Source: Eledone cirrhosa
Taxonomy: Eukaryota
Length of the DNA stretch: 64,000 nt
Assembly (NCBI GenBank): GCA_964016885.1
Contig: OZ024744.1
Coordinates: 107,074,001-107,138,000, forward strand
Direction of reading: 5' to 3'
Position numbers and translations under genes: made by a program. Positions 1 through 12,145 of the stretch are shown in pieces; position 1 is the stretch's first letter; the number at the start of each line of letters is the position of its first letter. The notes beneath the pieces were generated by a model. It was given only the letters and a program-made list of their open reading frames with translations. It was not told the DNA's origin and did no database searches.

Positions 1-40
1 ATTACCAGTAATGTACTGGGTAATTTCTGGCCTTGTGCCA
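1..40 (+). mobile_element. 3' end of tRNA-derived SINE (family B)
   Basis: taccagtaatgtactgggtaatttctggccttgtgccaa matches the 3' part of the SINE at 29170-29362 (taccagtaatgtactgggtaattgctggctttgtgccaa). Confidence 0.7.
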
Positions 41-2056
41 ATAGCTGTATCAGAATTGGACAATGTTATACTATGACTATGGTGCCAAGCTGTATCAGTC
101 TTAGATAACATACTATGACTATGGTGCCAAGCTGTATCAGATTTGGACAATATTATACTATGACTATGGTGCCAAGCTGTATCAGACTTGGACGACAACA
201 TACTGTGACTATAGTGCCAAGCTGTATCAGCCTTAGATAACATTATACTATGTCTATGGTGCCAGGCTGTATAAGCCTTAGACAACATTATACTATGACT
301 ATGGTGCCAAGCTGTATCAGACTTCGACAACATTATACTATGACTATGGTGCCAGGCTGTATAAGCCTTAGACAACATTATACTATGACTATGGTGCCAA
401 GCTGTATCAGCCTTAGACAACATTATACTATGTCTATGGTGCCAGGCTGTATAAGCCTTAGACAACATTATACTATGACTATGGTGCCAAGCTGTATCAG
501 ACTTCGACAACATTATACTATGACTATGGTGCCAAGCTGTATCAGACTTGGACAACATTATACAATGACTATGGTGCCAAGCTGTATCAGACTTGGACAA
601 CATTATACTATAACTATGGTGCCAAGCTGTATCAGACTTGGACAACATTATACTATGATTATGGTGCCAAGCTGTATCAGCCTTAGATAACATTATACTA
701 TGACTATGGTGCCAAGCTGTATCAGACTTAGACAACATTATGCTATGACTATGGTGCCAAGCTGTATGATCCTGAGATAACATTATACTATGACTATGGT
801 GCCAAGCTGTATCAGACTTGGACAACATTATACTATGACTATGGTGCCAAGCTGTATCAGCTTTAGATAACATTATACTATGACACCAAGCTGTATCAGC
901 CTTAGACAATATTACACTATGACTATGGTGCCAAGCCGTATAAGCCTTAGACAATATTATACTATGACTATGGTGCCAAGCTGTATCAGCCTTGGACAAC
1001 ATTATACTATGACTATGGTGCCAAGCTGTATCAGACCTGGACAACATTATACTATGACTATGGTGCCAAGCTATATCAGACTAGGACAACATTATACTAT
1101 AACTATGGTGCCAAGCTGTATCAGCCTTAGATAACATTATACTATGACTATGGTGTCAAGCTGTATCAGACTTGGACAATATTATACTATGACTATGGTG
1201 CCAAGCTGTATCAGACTTAGACAATATTATACTATGACTATGGTGCCAAGCTGTATCAGCCTCTGATAACATTATACTATGACTATGGTGCCAAGCTGTA
1301 TCAGACTTGGACAACATTATACTATGACTATGGTGCCAAGCTGTATCAGACTAGGACAACATTATACTATGACTATGGTGCCAAGCTGTATCAGACTAGG
1401 ACAACATTATACTATGACTATGGTGCCAAGCTGTATCAGCCTTAGACAACATTATACTATGACTATGGTGCCAAGCTGTATCAGATTTAGACAACATTAT
1501 ACTATGACTATGGTGCCAAGCTGTATCAGACTTGGACAACATTATACTATGACTATGGTGCCAAGCTGTATCAGACTTGGACAACATTATACTATGACTA
1601 TGGTGCCAAGCTGTATCAGACTTAGACAACATTATACTATGACTATGGTGCCAAGCTGTATCAGACTTAGACAACATTATACTATGACTATGGTGCCAAG
1701 CTGTATCAGACTTAGACAACATTATACTATGACTATGGTGCCAAGCTGTATCAGACTTAGACAACATTATACTATGACTATGGTGCCAAGCTGTATCAGA
1801 CTTGGACAACATTATACTATGACTATGGTGCCAAGCTGTATCAGACTTGGACAACATTATACTATGACTATGGTGCCAAGCTATATCAGACTTGGACAAT
1901 ATTATACTATGACTATGGTGCCAAGCTGTATCAGACTTGGACAACATTATACTATGACTATGGTGCCAAGCTGTATCAGACTTGGACAACATTATACTAT
2001 GACTATGGTGCCAAGCTATATCAGACTTGGACAATATTATACTATGACTATGGTGT
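41..2056. repeat. 45-bp minisatellite, ~45 copies
   Basis: Unit cattatactatgactatggtgccaagctgtatcagacttggacaa repeated head-to-tail. Variation is confined to a few positions and there are no unique spacers. The 15-aa periodic ORFs on both strands are by-products. Confidence 0.97.
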
Positions 2057-2382
2057 TCTGGAGAGGTTATACTAGCTTGCATGAGTGCCTGTTGGTCTTC
2101 TACAAAACACCTTGCCCAGAATTAATCAGTCATAGGTACAATACCCATAGCTAGTCCTGACGAAGTAGACCCCTTGTCAATATTTGTTATCAGTCCATTA
2201 AGGCTTGAGTGAAATATATATTGACTTCTAATATCTGATGGTTATTTTTAATATTCTATTGACATGTATGTATATAAATTTTTTTTGTTTGCTTTTGTGT
2301 TAAATGTGAGTAACCTAAGTTGTTCTATTTTTCACACACTCATGTATACATGAACAGTATTTTTTCCTTTCAATTTTCTTAG

Positions 2383-2454
2383 GTCTTGAATCACTACCTA
2401 TAGAACTCCAAAGAAATTTCACTCTCATGCGAGATCTTGATCAACGTGTACAAG
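2383..2454 (+). CDS. ING5: ING4/ING5-family gene, coding exon 2 (72 bp)
   Basis: ttttcttAG|...|GTaggg. Translates (S)LESLPIELQRNFTLMRDLDQRVQ, the N-terminal ING leucine-zipper-like domain. Exon 1 is not in the window. Confidence 0.93.
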
Positions 2455-2849
2455 GTAGGGATTTATTTTCTTTGACAATGTTAATGATGAGGGTTTATTG
2501 TCAGAGATTTATTTTGACAAAAGTTGCAAAAGAGATTCTTTTTTAAAAAATGATAAAATTTAGCTAAAAATGAGTGTTTGATTAATGGAAAATGTTTTGT
2601 CTGTAATTTCAGTTAAACATCTCTAGTGATAAATGTGCAGTGGTCTCCAATTTGTACATCAGAAGGCTTAAAACTCAGGGTTAAATAATCATAAAGCATA
2701 CACTAAATAGGGTTTATCAATAACTAGAAGAGCTACATAAATAAATATCCCAGTTTTTAATTTATCCTACATAAGATTAACATAATATAATGATATAGAA
2801 ATAAAAACTAATGGTCACCGCAACTTTACCACTTTGCTTGGCAAACCTA

Positions 2850-3045
2850 TCGGGAGCCCTCCTACCTCACCTTCAGTGATCATCTCCTTCTATCTGTCAC
2901 AGGGGTCCAACAGGGTGACCTGCTCAGACCTGCACTTTTCTCTCTAGGCACTGATGACGTCACTAAGTTGGCAGTTGACCTGGATCTGAATGTCTGGTAT
3001 CTGCATGATGCTTGCAGGGGGGTCCTCCAGGCAAGGTCCTTGCAA
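2850..3045 (+). mobile_element. Decayed non-LTR RT fragment (CRE-like)
   Basis: Translates ...GVQQGDLLRPALFSLGTDD...DLNVWYLHDA, resembling the GVQQGDPLGP...WYLDD motifs of CRE-type RTs. Confidence 0.55.
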
Positions 3046-3129
3046 ATACACCTGACCTCAACACACCCACAACAACTACACTAAACATCTCAAGGCCCAG
3101 AGCAAATCCGTGACATGGTACAACGCCAC

Positions 3130-3690
3130 GTACTTGATACCTGTTGTTATCATTGTCCCTGGAACATTCTTCAGGTCACTCGACCAATCCTTTCCACCCA
3201 GACACAAATACCACAAGCTCTTTAACAGACACACAGTAACATTCTCCTTCTCCTCCGCGTCACCATAGCATACACTAATAGGACCAAAATACGCAAACAC
3301 AAGCAAGCACCCCAAGCAACCACTAACACGGTCCAAAACAACACTGCATAGATAATACATTACAATGTTAAACAACATGCTAACTCCAACCAAGATGTGA
3401 CCAACCAGCAACATAACAATGCAATAGCCCCCAGGTGCAACTGCAAAAAGCCGGAACAATGTCCACCGAGTGGGAAGTGCTTCGTCAGGAACATTGGGTA
3501 CCAGTGCGATGTCACGGCTGACCGAAATGAATACAACTATATAGGTGCAACCTCAACAACCTTTAAGGAGCGATTCTACAACCACAGACTTAAACGCTCC
3601 CAAACCTGACTGGCAGATTTGATCTGGGACCTCAAGAATAAGAACCTGAAATACCAGATCTAATGGTCTGTTAGGAGACGCGTGGCTCAA
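3130..3690 (+). mobile_element. Penelope-like element fragment (GIY-YIG end)
   Basis: CNCKKPEQCPPSGKC...GYQCDV...YNYIGATSTTFKERFYNH parallels the GIY-YIG region at 62117-62680. Contains stops and frameshifts. Confidence 0.75.
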
Positions 3691-3799
3691 CTTCCCAACT
3701 GATTGAATGAGCTTTTGTGGTTGTAAAGTCATTCCTTAAAGGTTGTTGAGGTCACACTTATATAGGTGTATTCATTTCGGCCAGCCGTGACATCGCACT

Positions 3800-5724
3800 G
3801 GTGCACAATGTTCTTGATGAGGCACACATATGTGTATAGGGGGGGGGGGGGGAGGTTCGAAATTTTATATTCTGATTCCACATATTACTTGGTGTGAGAA
3901 ATAAGTTAACAAATTTTTAAATGTATGCGATCACCCATACCCCTTGCATACCCCCCCCCCCCCCGCCCCAATTCTGCGTTTTGAATACTGAACATTTAAG
4001 GTACTGTAAACTTGTTTTAATGCTATTAACTTTGTATTGATTAAATATTACCTAAATAACTTTTTATAATAAATTATATGCAACCCCCTCCCCCACCTGA
4101 AAAAAACTAGCTATTGGAATCTATTTATTTATATAGTTTGTATTAATTTTTTTATATAAAAAAAGCCTAAATTAAGAAAAACATTTTCAACATATAAATA
4201 ATGTAAATTCTTAATGACTATTATGATATGCAATAAAAAAACTATGCACGAACCTCAAACGAAATACATGAACAGTGAACACCATAAAATAAGCATTAAT
4301 AGTATTTTCCAGTCAAAGTGAGGTAAACTTTGTCTTGATTTCTGTACATTTAATATGAATTTGTGCCTATTTTTGTGGACTATTCTGACTTCAGAAGCTT
4401 TTGTTACTAAATTGAAAGCATGCTCAACTCCTTGGCTATGACAAGGAAGATGTATTGCTGTTAATGGTCCTGAATGATCTTTAACTCTTTAATGTTCAAA
4501 CCGGCCAGAATTCTCTACCTCTTTCTGTTGAAACTGGCTATAACTGGTCACTCAAACTGATGTTAAGGTATTGTTCTCAAAATAAATACTTTCAAAATCT
4601 CATAGATTAATATTATGTGAGATAATTATGCGAGGTAAAGCCGTTACCATGAAAATATAATAGTATATATAGAGTAATGTGAATGCTAAAGGGTTAAGAA
4701 GATGAACATTTGTAAAGTTCCGTAATCCTGTACTTCAAAATTAATCTTTCTTGTTAGTTTCAAATTTCTTAATTCTTCACAGGGCATTCGGGAAAAAGTT
4801 CTCGCTTTAATACTTCGTTGAATTGCTACTGCCCTAATTTGTCTTCTTCCATCATTCAGCATAGTCAGTAAAATATTCTCCGGATGGGCATAATACAAAT
4901 AAGGTTTTAATGCTTTCTCCATAACTTCTTATGATCTTGGTTCATATCTTACATTAGATGTGCCATATACCAAAAATTACTTGCTCCTTCATGTAACTTT
5001 GGGTGAGATTTAATCTAGAACCAGCATGGAGCATAAACTTGCGTTATGATTTTAACAAGATCCGTAATATTCTTTTGGGGATTTTTTTTCGAAACACATA
5101 AGCAAAGAATTCTGTTTGCACGTGTTAACCACCTTGCATGATGTATTTTACCAGGTGATCTCCTCTTTGCTTGATAGGTATTTTGTTTAATTTATAAGCA
5201 GACTCGATCTCTCAATTTTTTGAGCTGCAGGAAATCCAAATGATGAATTATGGATTTTACTTCTAGTTGCCATTATATAATTTTATATACTTAAATTATT
5301 ACAGTTTAAATTTATGTAAGTGTTTTTGTAAAATTATAATACACTTTAGCTCTAAAATAATCTGAAAAACAAAAGAAATTCATTTAACACATACTGAAAA
5401 GTTGTAATTTTACCATGTTGGAGGGGTACCTACCTACCAATTGTCTTATCTCAATGTTTTTGCTATCTTTACTCATCAGATGTTTTAAACAAGATTTCTA
5501 CAGTGAAATATGATCAAATGTTTCTTATCCATAAGCAATTAGGATATGTGTTAGAGATTATATGATTAATATAGAAAATTAGGGTATTTAATTGTGGGGG
5601 GTGTATGCGAGGGATATGGGGGAGTCGCATAACCCTAATTTTCATATATTTTACTTAAAATACTATTTGAAACTCTGTGCATACCGTGGAATTAAGGTTC
5701 CTTAAAAATGGTTGTTTCACCGTG
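3800..5724 (-). mobile_element. Decayed cut-and-paste DNA transposon (possibly Chapaev/CMC-type)
   Basis: Minus-strand fragments PGKIHHARWLTRANRIL, YAHPENILLTML..IKAR and LPCHSQGVEHAFNLVTKAS. Subterminal inverted repeats at ~3921-3960 and ~5595-5632. The right terminus reads CACGGTG on the minus strand. The superfamily is inferred and the left end is approximate. Confidence 0.6.
4485..4693. mobile_element. piggyBac-type MITE (family 1) nested in the DNA transposon
   Basis: Flanked by TTAA on both sides and ends ...gctaaaggg. The body matches 26397-26595 and 39799-39984. Confidence 0.8.
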
Positions 5725-5796
5725 TATGTGTGTATATATGTGTGTGTATATATATATATGTATGTGTGTATGTATATATGTGTGTATGTATAATTG

Positions 5797-7288
5797 ATGA
5801 AAATGGCACACTCCAAGATAATGCCAAAACCATGGGCAAGATACTTTAGAAACAATACTGCTCTGTTTTCAGCTATCCTGATATGGCCGATCTGGGCTAT
5901 ATCAGTGATGTTAATCCCCAACACATTATATTTGGTGCTCCTGATGTCTTAGCAGCAATAAACAAAATTAAACACAATTCAGAAGTAGGCCCCGATAGGT
6001 TCCCTGCTTTTGTACTGAAAGTGTGTTGACATCAACTTGCATCTCATCTTGTTAATCTGTGAAGGAACTCACTGGATGCTGGCTATATTCCTGAAAACTT
6101 TCTGTCCCAGTTTTTAAAAAAGGAAACAAGTCCCTTGCAGTGAACTACCATCCGATCTCACTCACCTCTCATATCATCAAGGTATTTAAGAGGGTGGTAA
6201 GATCACAAATAACCCACTTTCTTGAAAGCAACAGACTGCTGAATTCCAACCAACATGGGTTCCGTAATGGTAGGGACTGCCTAACGCAGCTTCTGAATTA
6301 CTTTGATGATATTTTGAGAGAGGGCTCCAACACTGATGTCATCTACCTTGATTTCAGCAAGGCCTTTGACAGGGTTGATCATAAGATTCTACTGAAAAAA
6401 CTATCCAATATTGGTGTCTCTGGAAAGTTACTACAGTGGATGAAGTGTTTCCTGACAGACAGAACCCAGCATGTTGTAGTCGAAGGAGTAAAATCAAGTC
6501 CAGCCAAAATCAGCAGTGGCGTCCCACAAGGCACTGTGTTGAGCCCACTTCTTTTCATCATCTACATTAATGACATTACTGACATCATCAAGCACAGCAA
6601 CATAAGAATTTTTGCAGATGATTCCAAGCTCCAGAAGTTCATCAATGGAGTGGGTAACTGGATATGTTTTCAGTCTGATCTACTGGCTGTTATCCAATTG
6701 GCGGAAAAGAACAATATGCTGCTGAACAAGGATAAATTTGAGTTAATCCACTTTGGAAAAGAGGATTCCCTGAAACTCCCATACTCTCTTCCTTCAGGTG
6801 AAACTCTAGTGGCTTCCAATAACATTAGAGACTTGGGAGTAATTGTGGACAACAATATTAGCTGGACCACTCATATAAACAGCAAAGTTGACATGGCCCG
6901 CAGATTTCGTTCCTGGATTCTTGGAACCTTCCAGTCGAGAGATATCCACACTGTTATCCTTCTCTTCTCCACTTTTGCCCAACCCCACCTTGAATACTGT
7001 TGTCCACTGCGGTCTCCCCACACATAACAAACCATCATGAAAGTTGAAGCACCTCAAAGGTCAATTACAAAATAGATAGGACAGGCCTTGACTATTGGAG
7101 TTGACTAGAAAAGTTCAACCTTTATTCTCTCCAATGTCACCGTGAGCACTACATTATCTGCATGATGTGGAATATATTCCATCAACATTGTCAAAATGAT
7201 GTTGGCATCACCTTTAAGGTACACCTAAGGCTTGGGCCTCGTGCTATCGGCCCACAACAAAAATCACACTCGTATCTCATAACAATCT
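5797..7288 (+). mobile_element. CR1/L2-group LINE ORF2 fragment (RT), decayed
   Basis: ORF 6140-7027: NYHPISLTS, NQHGFR, YLDFSKAFDRVDH, SGVPQGTVLSPLLF, FADDSKL, RDLGV. Disrupted upstream and downstream. Confidence 0.88.
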
Positions 7289-8205
7289 AGGTATAGATCT
7301 CCGCCTTCCCTTCCGCTAGTACTCCCCAGCTGCTATCCTTACCACAACTATACCGACCACTCATGCCCCCTCCAGAACCACTCATTAGCTACTCCCCCCC
7401 CCCCCCCCTCTAAAGCCTTTAGGTATCCTCACTATTGTACCCTAGGGGTTATTCTCTCTACTTTTATACATCCCTGCACACTACCACCCCTTATTTCTCC
7501 ACTGGCCCCTCCTCCATGCTCTCTATTGACCACATCAATACATCCCCTTGCTTCATACATTAATCAGCTACCCCTATTCATTGCCCTGCCGAATCACCAC
7601 AAACTTCATACCAATCCTGCCCCAGAGTAGAGAGGGCTCTTCAGTTGGGTCTGTTATCATCAGCCTCTCTAGTGACAGTGCCATAGAAATGAACTCGGTA
7701 CACTCTGACTAGAAGGGCACCCTGCTGTAGAAACCATAACTAAAAGGGTTGGGAGGACTCTTCTTTTGTGTCAAGGATATGATAACTTCCTTAATGCTGA
7801 TCTACATGATAAAAGTACCCAGTACATACTATAAAGTGGGTGGTGATGGGAAGGGCACCCAGCCATAAAAAGCTTGCCAAACAAGGGATTGGGAGGACCC
7901 ATTTTATACTTGATAGAACATATGATCGTACATAAGTAAGTTGCAGACCCCTTGGCCAGTGTGGGAAGTCGGTAGCCTTGCTTCAGTTTTGATTTGATCT
8001 ATGTAGACCCATCCCACCCTTGCTAGCAAGGAAAGCGAATGTTCAACAATGATGATGATACAAGATGTTCATGTAAATAAATATTTTTATGGTTTCACTA
8101 CCACACATACATATATATATCGCTATATATATATAGTGGCAGAACACTGGTGTGTTATATCTGAAAGTAGTGGAGCTCTCAGTCTATGGGATAAGTTTCC
8201 TAGAA

Positions 8206-8757
8206 GTAGTTCCACAACAGTTTGTACACCATTTCCAAGGTCAAATTGTTTCACCTTAACAGATCATCAGCTCGGTTTGAATGGGTTAAATTGGAAGAGG
8301 AAGACCATACCACGAATAAACATGTGCAGAAGATATTCTCAAAGGGGAGGTTAACTCATGTTAGATCAATGCAGGGAGGTGACTGAAAAAGTTCAGAGTA
8401 CAATAGATTATTCAGGATACTAAGTCTAGGAGTGTTACATCTGGAAGCTAGTCGGAGGCTTTATAATTACATAATAGGTGCTTCACCATGTGGGGACAGC
8501 GCATGTAGAACTCAGATCTCGTATTTAGACCGGCACTATTATGTAATCTCCTCATAGTGCCTGTCTAAATGTGAAATCAGTTCTATTACATAATTTTAAA
8601 GCCCCTGACTAGCTTCCAGACATAACACTCCTAGACTTTGCATCCTGAATAATCTATTGTACTCTGAACTTTGAGAATATCTTCTGCGAATGTTTATTCA
8701 TGATATGGTCTTCCAATTTGACCTCGGAAATGGTGTACTAACTGTTGTGGAACTACT
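8206..8757. repeat. Long fold-back (palindromic) element, ~550 bp
   Basis: Nested inverted arms: 8206-8248 vs 8715-8757, 8300-8343 vs 8670-8713, 8389-8477 vs 8583-8671, and 8507-8540 vs 8553-8585. Confidence 0.85.
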
Positions 8758-8986
8758 ATGTATATATGCTAGCATGGACACCATATGTTTGATGATGATA
8801 TGGAAGTAGTGATGGTCTGAAAATGTAGATTCAAGTTGTTTGAAGATATGTTTCTCTTCCACAATAGAAAAGGATATTAGAGCAATGATGGTGCTTGATG
8901 TGTGTGAATGTTTTCACTTAAAACAACAACCTTAATTGTTTTGCTATAAACAGTTGTAATATACTTTCATCTCTGTCACTTTTCAG

Positions 8987-9153
8987 ACACGATGAAAGAA
9001 ATAGAGAAACTAGCTGAAATATTTTTACGGAATGTAAGAACCATGAACAAAGACCGTCGGATTGCACATTTAGATTCCATCAATTTAAGGTATACTAAAA
9101 GTCTTGGATTTGGAGATGATAAAGTCCAACTAGCTATGCAAACATATGAAATG
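8987..9153 (+). CDS. ING5: ING5-like coding exon 3 (167 bp)
   Basis: tttcAG|...|GTgagt. (D)TMKEIEKLAE...FGDDKVQLAMQTYEM, a conserved ING motif. Phase is compatible with exon 2. Confidence 0.93.
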
Positions 9154-9555
9154 GTGAGTTTTATTCATTCAACTTTTATACTTCACTTTAATGAAAATGA
9201 AATGAAATTAAAGTAAAAGCTTTAAAGATTGTTGTTTTTTTAAGCATTGCAGACCTCGTGACATGGGTTCTTTTTTTAAGCATTGCAGACCTCGTAACAT
9301 GGGGTTCTTTTTTAGACAAGGTTTTACAGTCATATATAATATACATAGTTGGGAGGACCCTTCAGTTGTGTCAAAGATATGACAACCTCTCTAGTGTTGG
9401 TAACATGATAAAATGTACATGGTAGAGTGTGGAACTATATATAAAATACAAACTCCTGGGATGTCAGTAGCCCTGCTTAAGTACTGACATGGTCTGTGAA
9501 GGGCTGTCCAACCCTTGCTACCAGGGAAAGTGGATGTTAAATAATGATGAAATAA

Positions 9556-9607
<52 letters not shown>

Positions 9608-10483
9608 GTAAACAAAATCCTAACTGCAGCTCCAAAATGTGTAAATATATATATAATAACTAGAAATTGATTAACATATAAATAAACATGAATAATCACA
9701 GGAGATAATTTTTACAAGTGTGTAACCACACATAGCTAGGTAGGTAACTAAATAAAGTTGACCAGAACTTCAAAAATAGATACCTTATAATATGATTAAT
9801 CTTCCCTGTATATATTCCATTAAAGAAATATATTTCACCAATTAATCGGATGGTAAACCACGGAAGTGGAGACTTGGATTTTCAACAAGGAAGAAGTTCC
9901 AGTGATCCGTGTTTACACTTCAAGTTCAAATCAGCGACTGGCCAGCAACACGTGGTATATCTACTAGAAATACACACATCATACTAGCTTCGTCCCAGTG
10001 GCGTGAATAGGGTTATCGACAACTAGAAACAGCAGCCGAGTCCTTTCAACAGTGTTAGCTCTACAATTAAGGAGCCGTATTTATATATCTATATCCAAAA
10101 TAAAGATAAATCAAATGAATTTAATCTAAATCAAAATTATGGGTGTCATGCCAGAGAGACATGCGCCATATCACCTGCAAAATAAGCTCTAAGCTTCTAA
10201 CGAGTAGGTCCGAGCATTTTATAATAACTAGAAATTGATTAACATATTGTAGTAAGACGCCTCACGCTCCTTGATAGAACAACGCCGGTTGAGAACGCCA
10301 GAAAGAAAAGACAGACAGCCACTGGAAAGCCGACTGATCACACGCAAGAAACCAGCCTCTGTACAACACCATTGTTTGTGCTACATCAAAAAATAAACGT
10401 ATATTTCATCTCTAATTTCTTCTGTTGAAATAATTATTATGTCACTCGTATCTCGATAACATCTATAACTAATACTGCTAAAG

Positions 10484-10496
10484 TGGTGACCGACGT
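10484..10496 (+). promoter_or_regulatory. Primer-binding site, tRNA-Trp-like
   Basis: TGGTGACCGACGT lies 1 nt after the LTR. The canonical tRNA-Trp PBS is TGGTGACCCCGACGT, so two C are missing here. Confidence 0.75.
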
Positions 10497-11368
10497 AAGA
10501 ATTTAACGCAGCCCTTCTTTTTCATTCAGTTGAACTTTTATTGCCACATTGCCGGCCTTTTTTCGCAACTTGCGAAAATAAAAAAATATTCCTTTTAAAA
10601 TTATTGAAATATTAGTAGTATTTCAAAAACTTTTTGCTACACTCGACAACAACAACGACAGCAGCAGCAGCGACAACATTGTTTAACCACTGACCAAAAC
10701 AGGGAATAGTGAGTGGCAGCTTCATAGCCTTACCGACGCAAACCACCACACATCGGAAATATCAAAACGATTCATTCGTGTCGATAATTGAGAGCAACTT
10801 TTTTTTATTCACTTGAATATTTCATTTCCGTTGCCAACTTTTTCGCAACTCACAGAAGAAAAAAGAAAAAAGTGTATTTTTCCAAAGTGGCGTTGCGTTC
10901 CTTCCCAGTTTTGTAACGGACACATTTTTTGAATTGCATGTGTGTTCCATGACTGATCAAGAGAGAAGACACTAAACTTTTTTTTGTGAACATAACTGCC
11001 CCGCATGGGGATATACATGCCTTACCTTTTTCTAAGGGATTTTTAGCCACTGGCTACCTTTGTTGATATCCAACGCGGATATATTTTTTTTTAAAAAACA
11101 AACATTTTTTTTCCTCCTCTTTTTTACCTTATTTGATTTGGCTGGTTCGTTGAAGCAACGCGAGGGGACAGACGTTGAAGGAAAATTTTTTTTTTAAAAA
11201 GATATATATCTGTATTTTATGTATTTTTCATATTTCCTTATGTTTTGAATGTCTGTTTCTTTTTGCCCTTTAACTTTTTCTCAATATTGGCTGTTCTCTT
11301 TTCACTGTACAAGGGTACATTAATTGCTGTTTAGATATATATGTATATATTTTTTTATAAAAGTTGAC

Positions 11369-12145
11369 ATGAATGTGCCACATTTGCCCGCCTTTACTGG
11401 AAAACCTAAGATGTGGTTTGCCCAGTTACAGGCGTATTTTACGGTCTGTAAGACCGAATCTGACCAGCGCCTCGCTGTACTGATTAGCGGCCTTCCCCCT
11501 AATCTAGCAGATTCGGTCCAAGACCTAATTACAGATCCCCCCTCTGACTTGACGTATGAGTTTTTGAAGGGCGAGATTTTGAGGAGGAATTGTAAGTCGG
11601 TAGAGAGTCGTTTTCGGTCATTGATCGAGGACGAACTATTAGGTGACAGGACCCCTACCGCTTTTCTCCGGCATTTGCGGGATTTGAGTGATTCCCAAGA
11701 TCAGGATAGCCCTTTCCTGAAGCAATTGTTCTTCTCTCGCCTACCTCAAGAAGTACAGGCGATCCTAGCCCATATGCTAGAGGTGAATACCCTGGATCAC
11801 ATTGCTGTCTCTGCTGACAAAATTGTAGAGGTGACGAAGAGAGACACTTCGAAGCCAAAGTACGTTGCTTCCTCTTCTCTTCCTCAATCACGCTCATCAG
11901 CGTCTGATGGCAATTTAATCACCACAATGGAAGCCATGACTCGTCAAATGGCGGAGTTGTGCACGGAATTCAGGTCCTTTGGACGGCAGAGGAGCCGCTC
12001 ACGACGTTATTCAACTTCTCGCCACCGTAGCCCTTCCAACACACCAGGAACACCATATTGTTATTACCATGAAAGATATAGTAAAAAAGCCGCCCGTTGT
12101 AGGCCTCCTTGTGCTTACGAGGGAAAAGACGACCAGAGTCACTAA
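11369..12145 (+). CDS. gag: Gypsy gag (258 aa, open)
   Basis: MNVPHLPAFTGKPKMWFAQLQAYF...LGDRTPTAFLRHLR...CYYHERYSKKAARCRPPC (CHCC nucleocapsid motif). Confidence 0.88.
   Translation: MNVPHLPAFTGKPKMWFAQLQAYFTVCKTESDQRLAVLISGLPPNLADSVQDLITDPPSDLTYEFLKGEILRRNCKSVESRFRSLIEDELLGDRTPTAFLRHLRDLSDSQDQDSPFLKQLFFSRLPQEVQAILAHMLEVNTLDHIAVSADKIVEVTKRDTSKPKYVASSSLPQSRSSASDGNLITTMEAMTRQMAELCTEFRSFGRQRSRSRRYSTSRHRSPSNTPGTPYCYYHERYSKKAARCRPPCAYEGKDDQSH

Noticed and set aside
41-2056. CRISPR-like array or repetitive protein gene (ORFs of 146-291 aa)
   Set aside because: No unique spacers, no cas genes, and a eukaryotic intron context. The ORFs arise because the unit is 45 bp, and several units contain stops.
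9233-9312. Short local duplications (also 25417-25512)
   Set aside because: Two-copy slippage duplications with no further structure.
9653-10220. 568-bp unit as a tandem 5S rRNA, snRNA, spliced-leader or histone gene, or a hammerhead carrier
   Set aside because: No recognisable match on either strand. Only an isolated Sm-like aattttgga and non-canonical ctgttga...gataac words are present, without a complete core.
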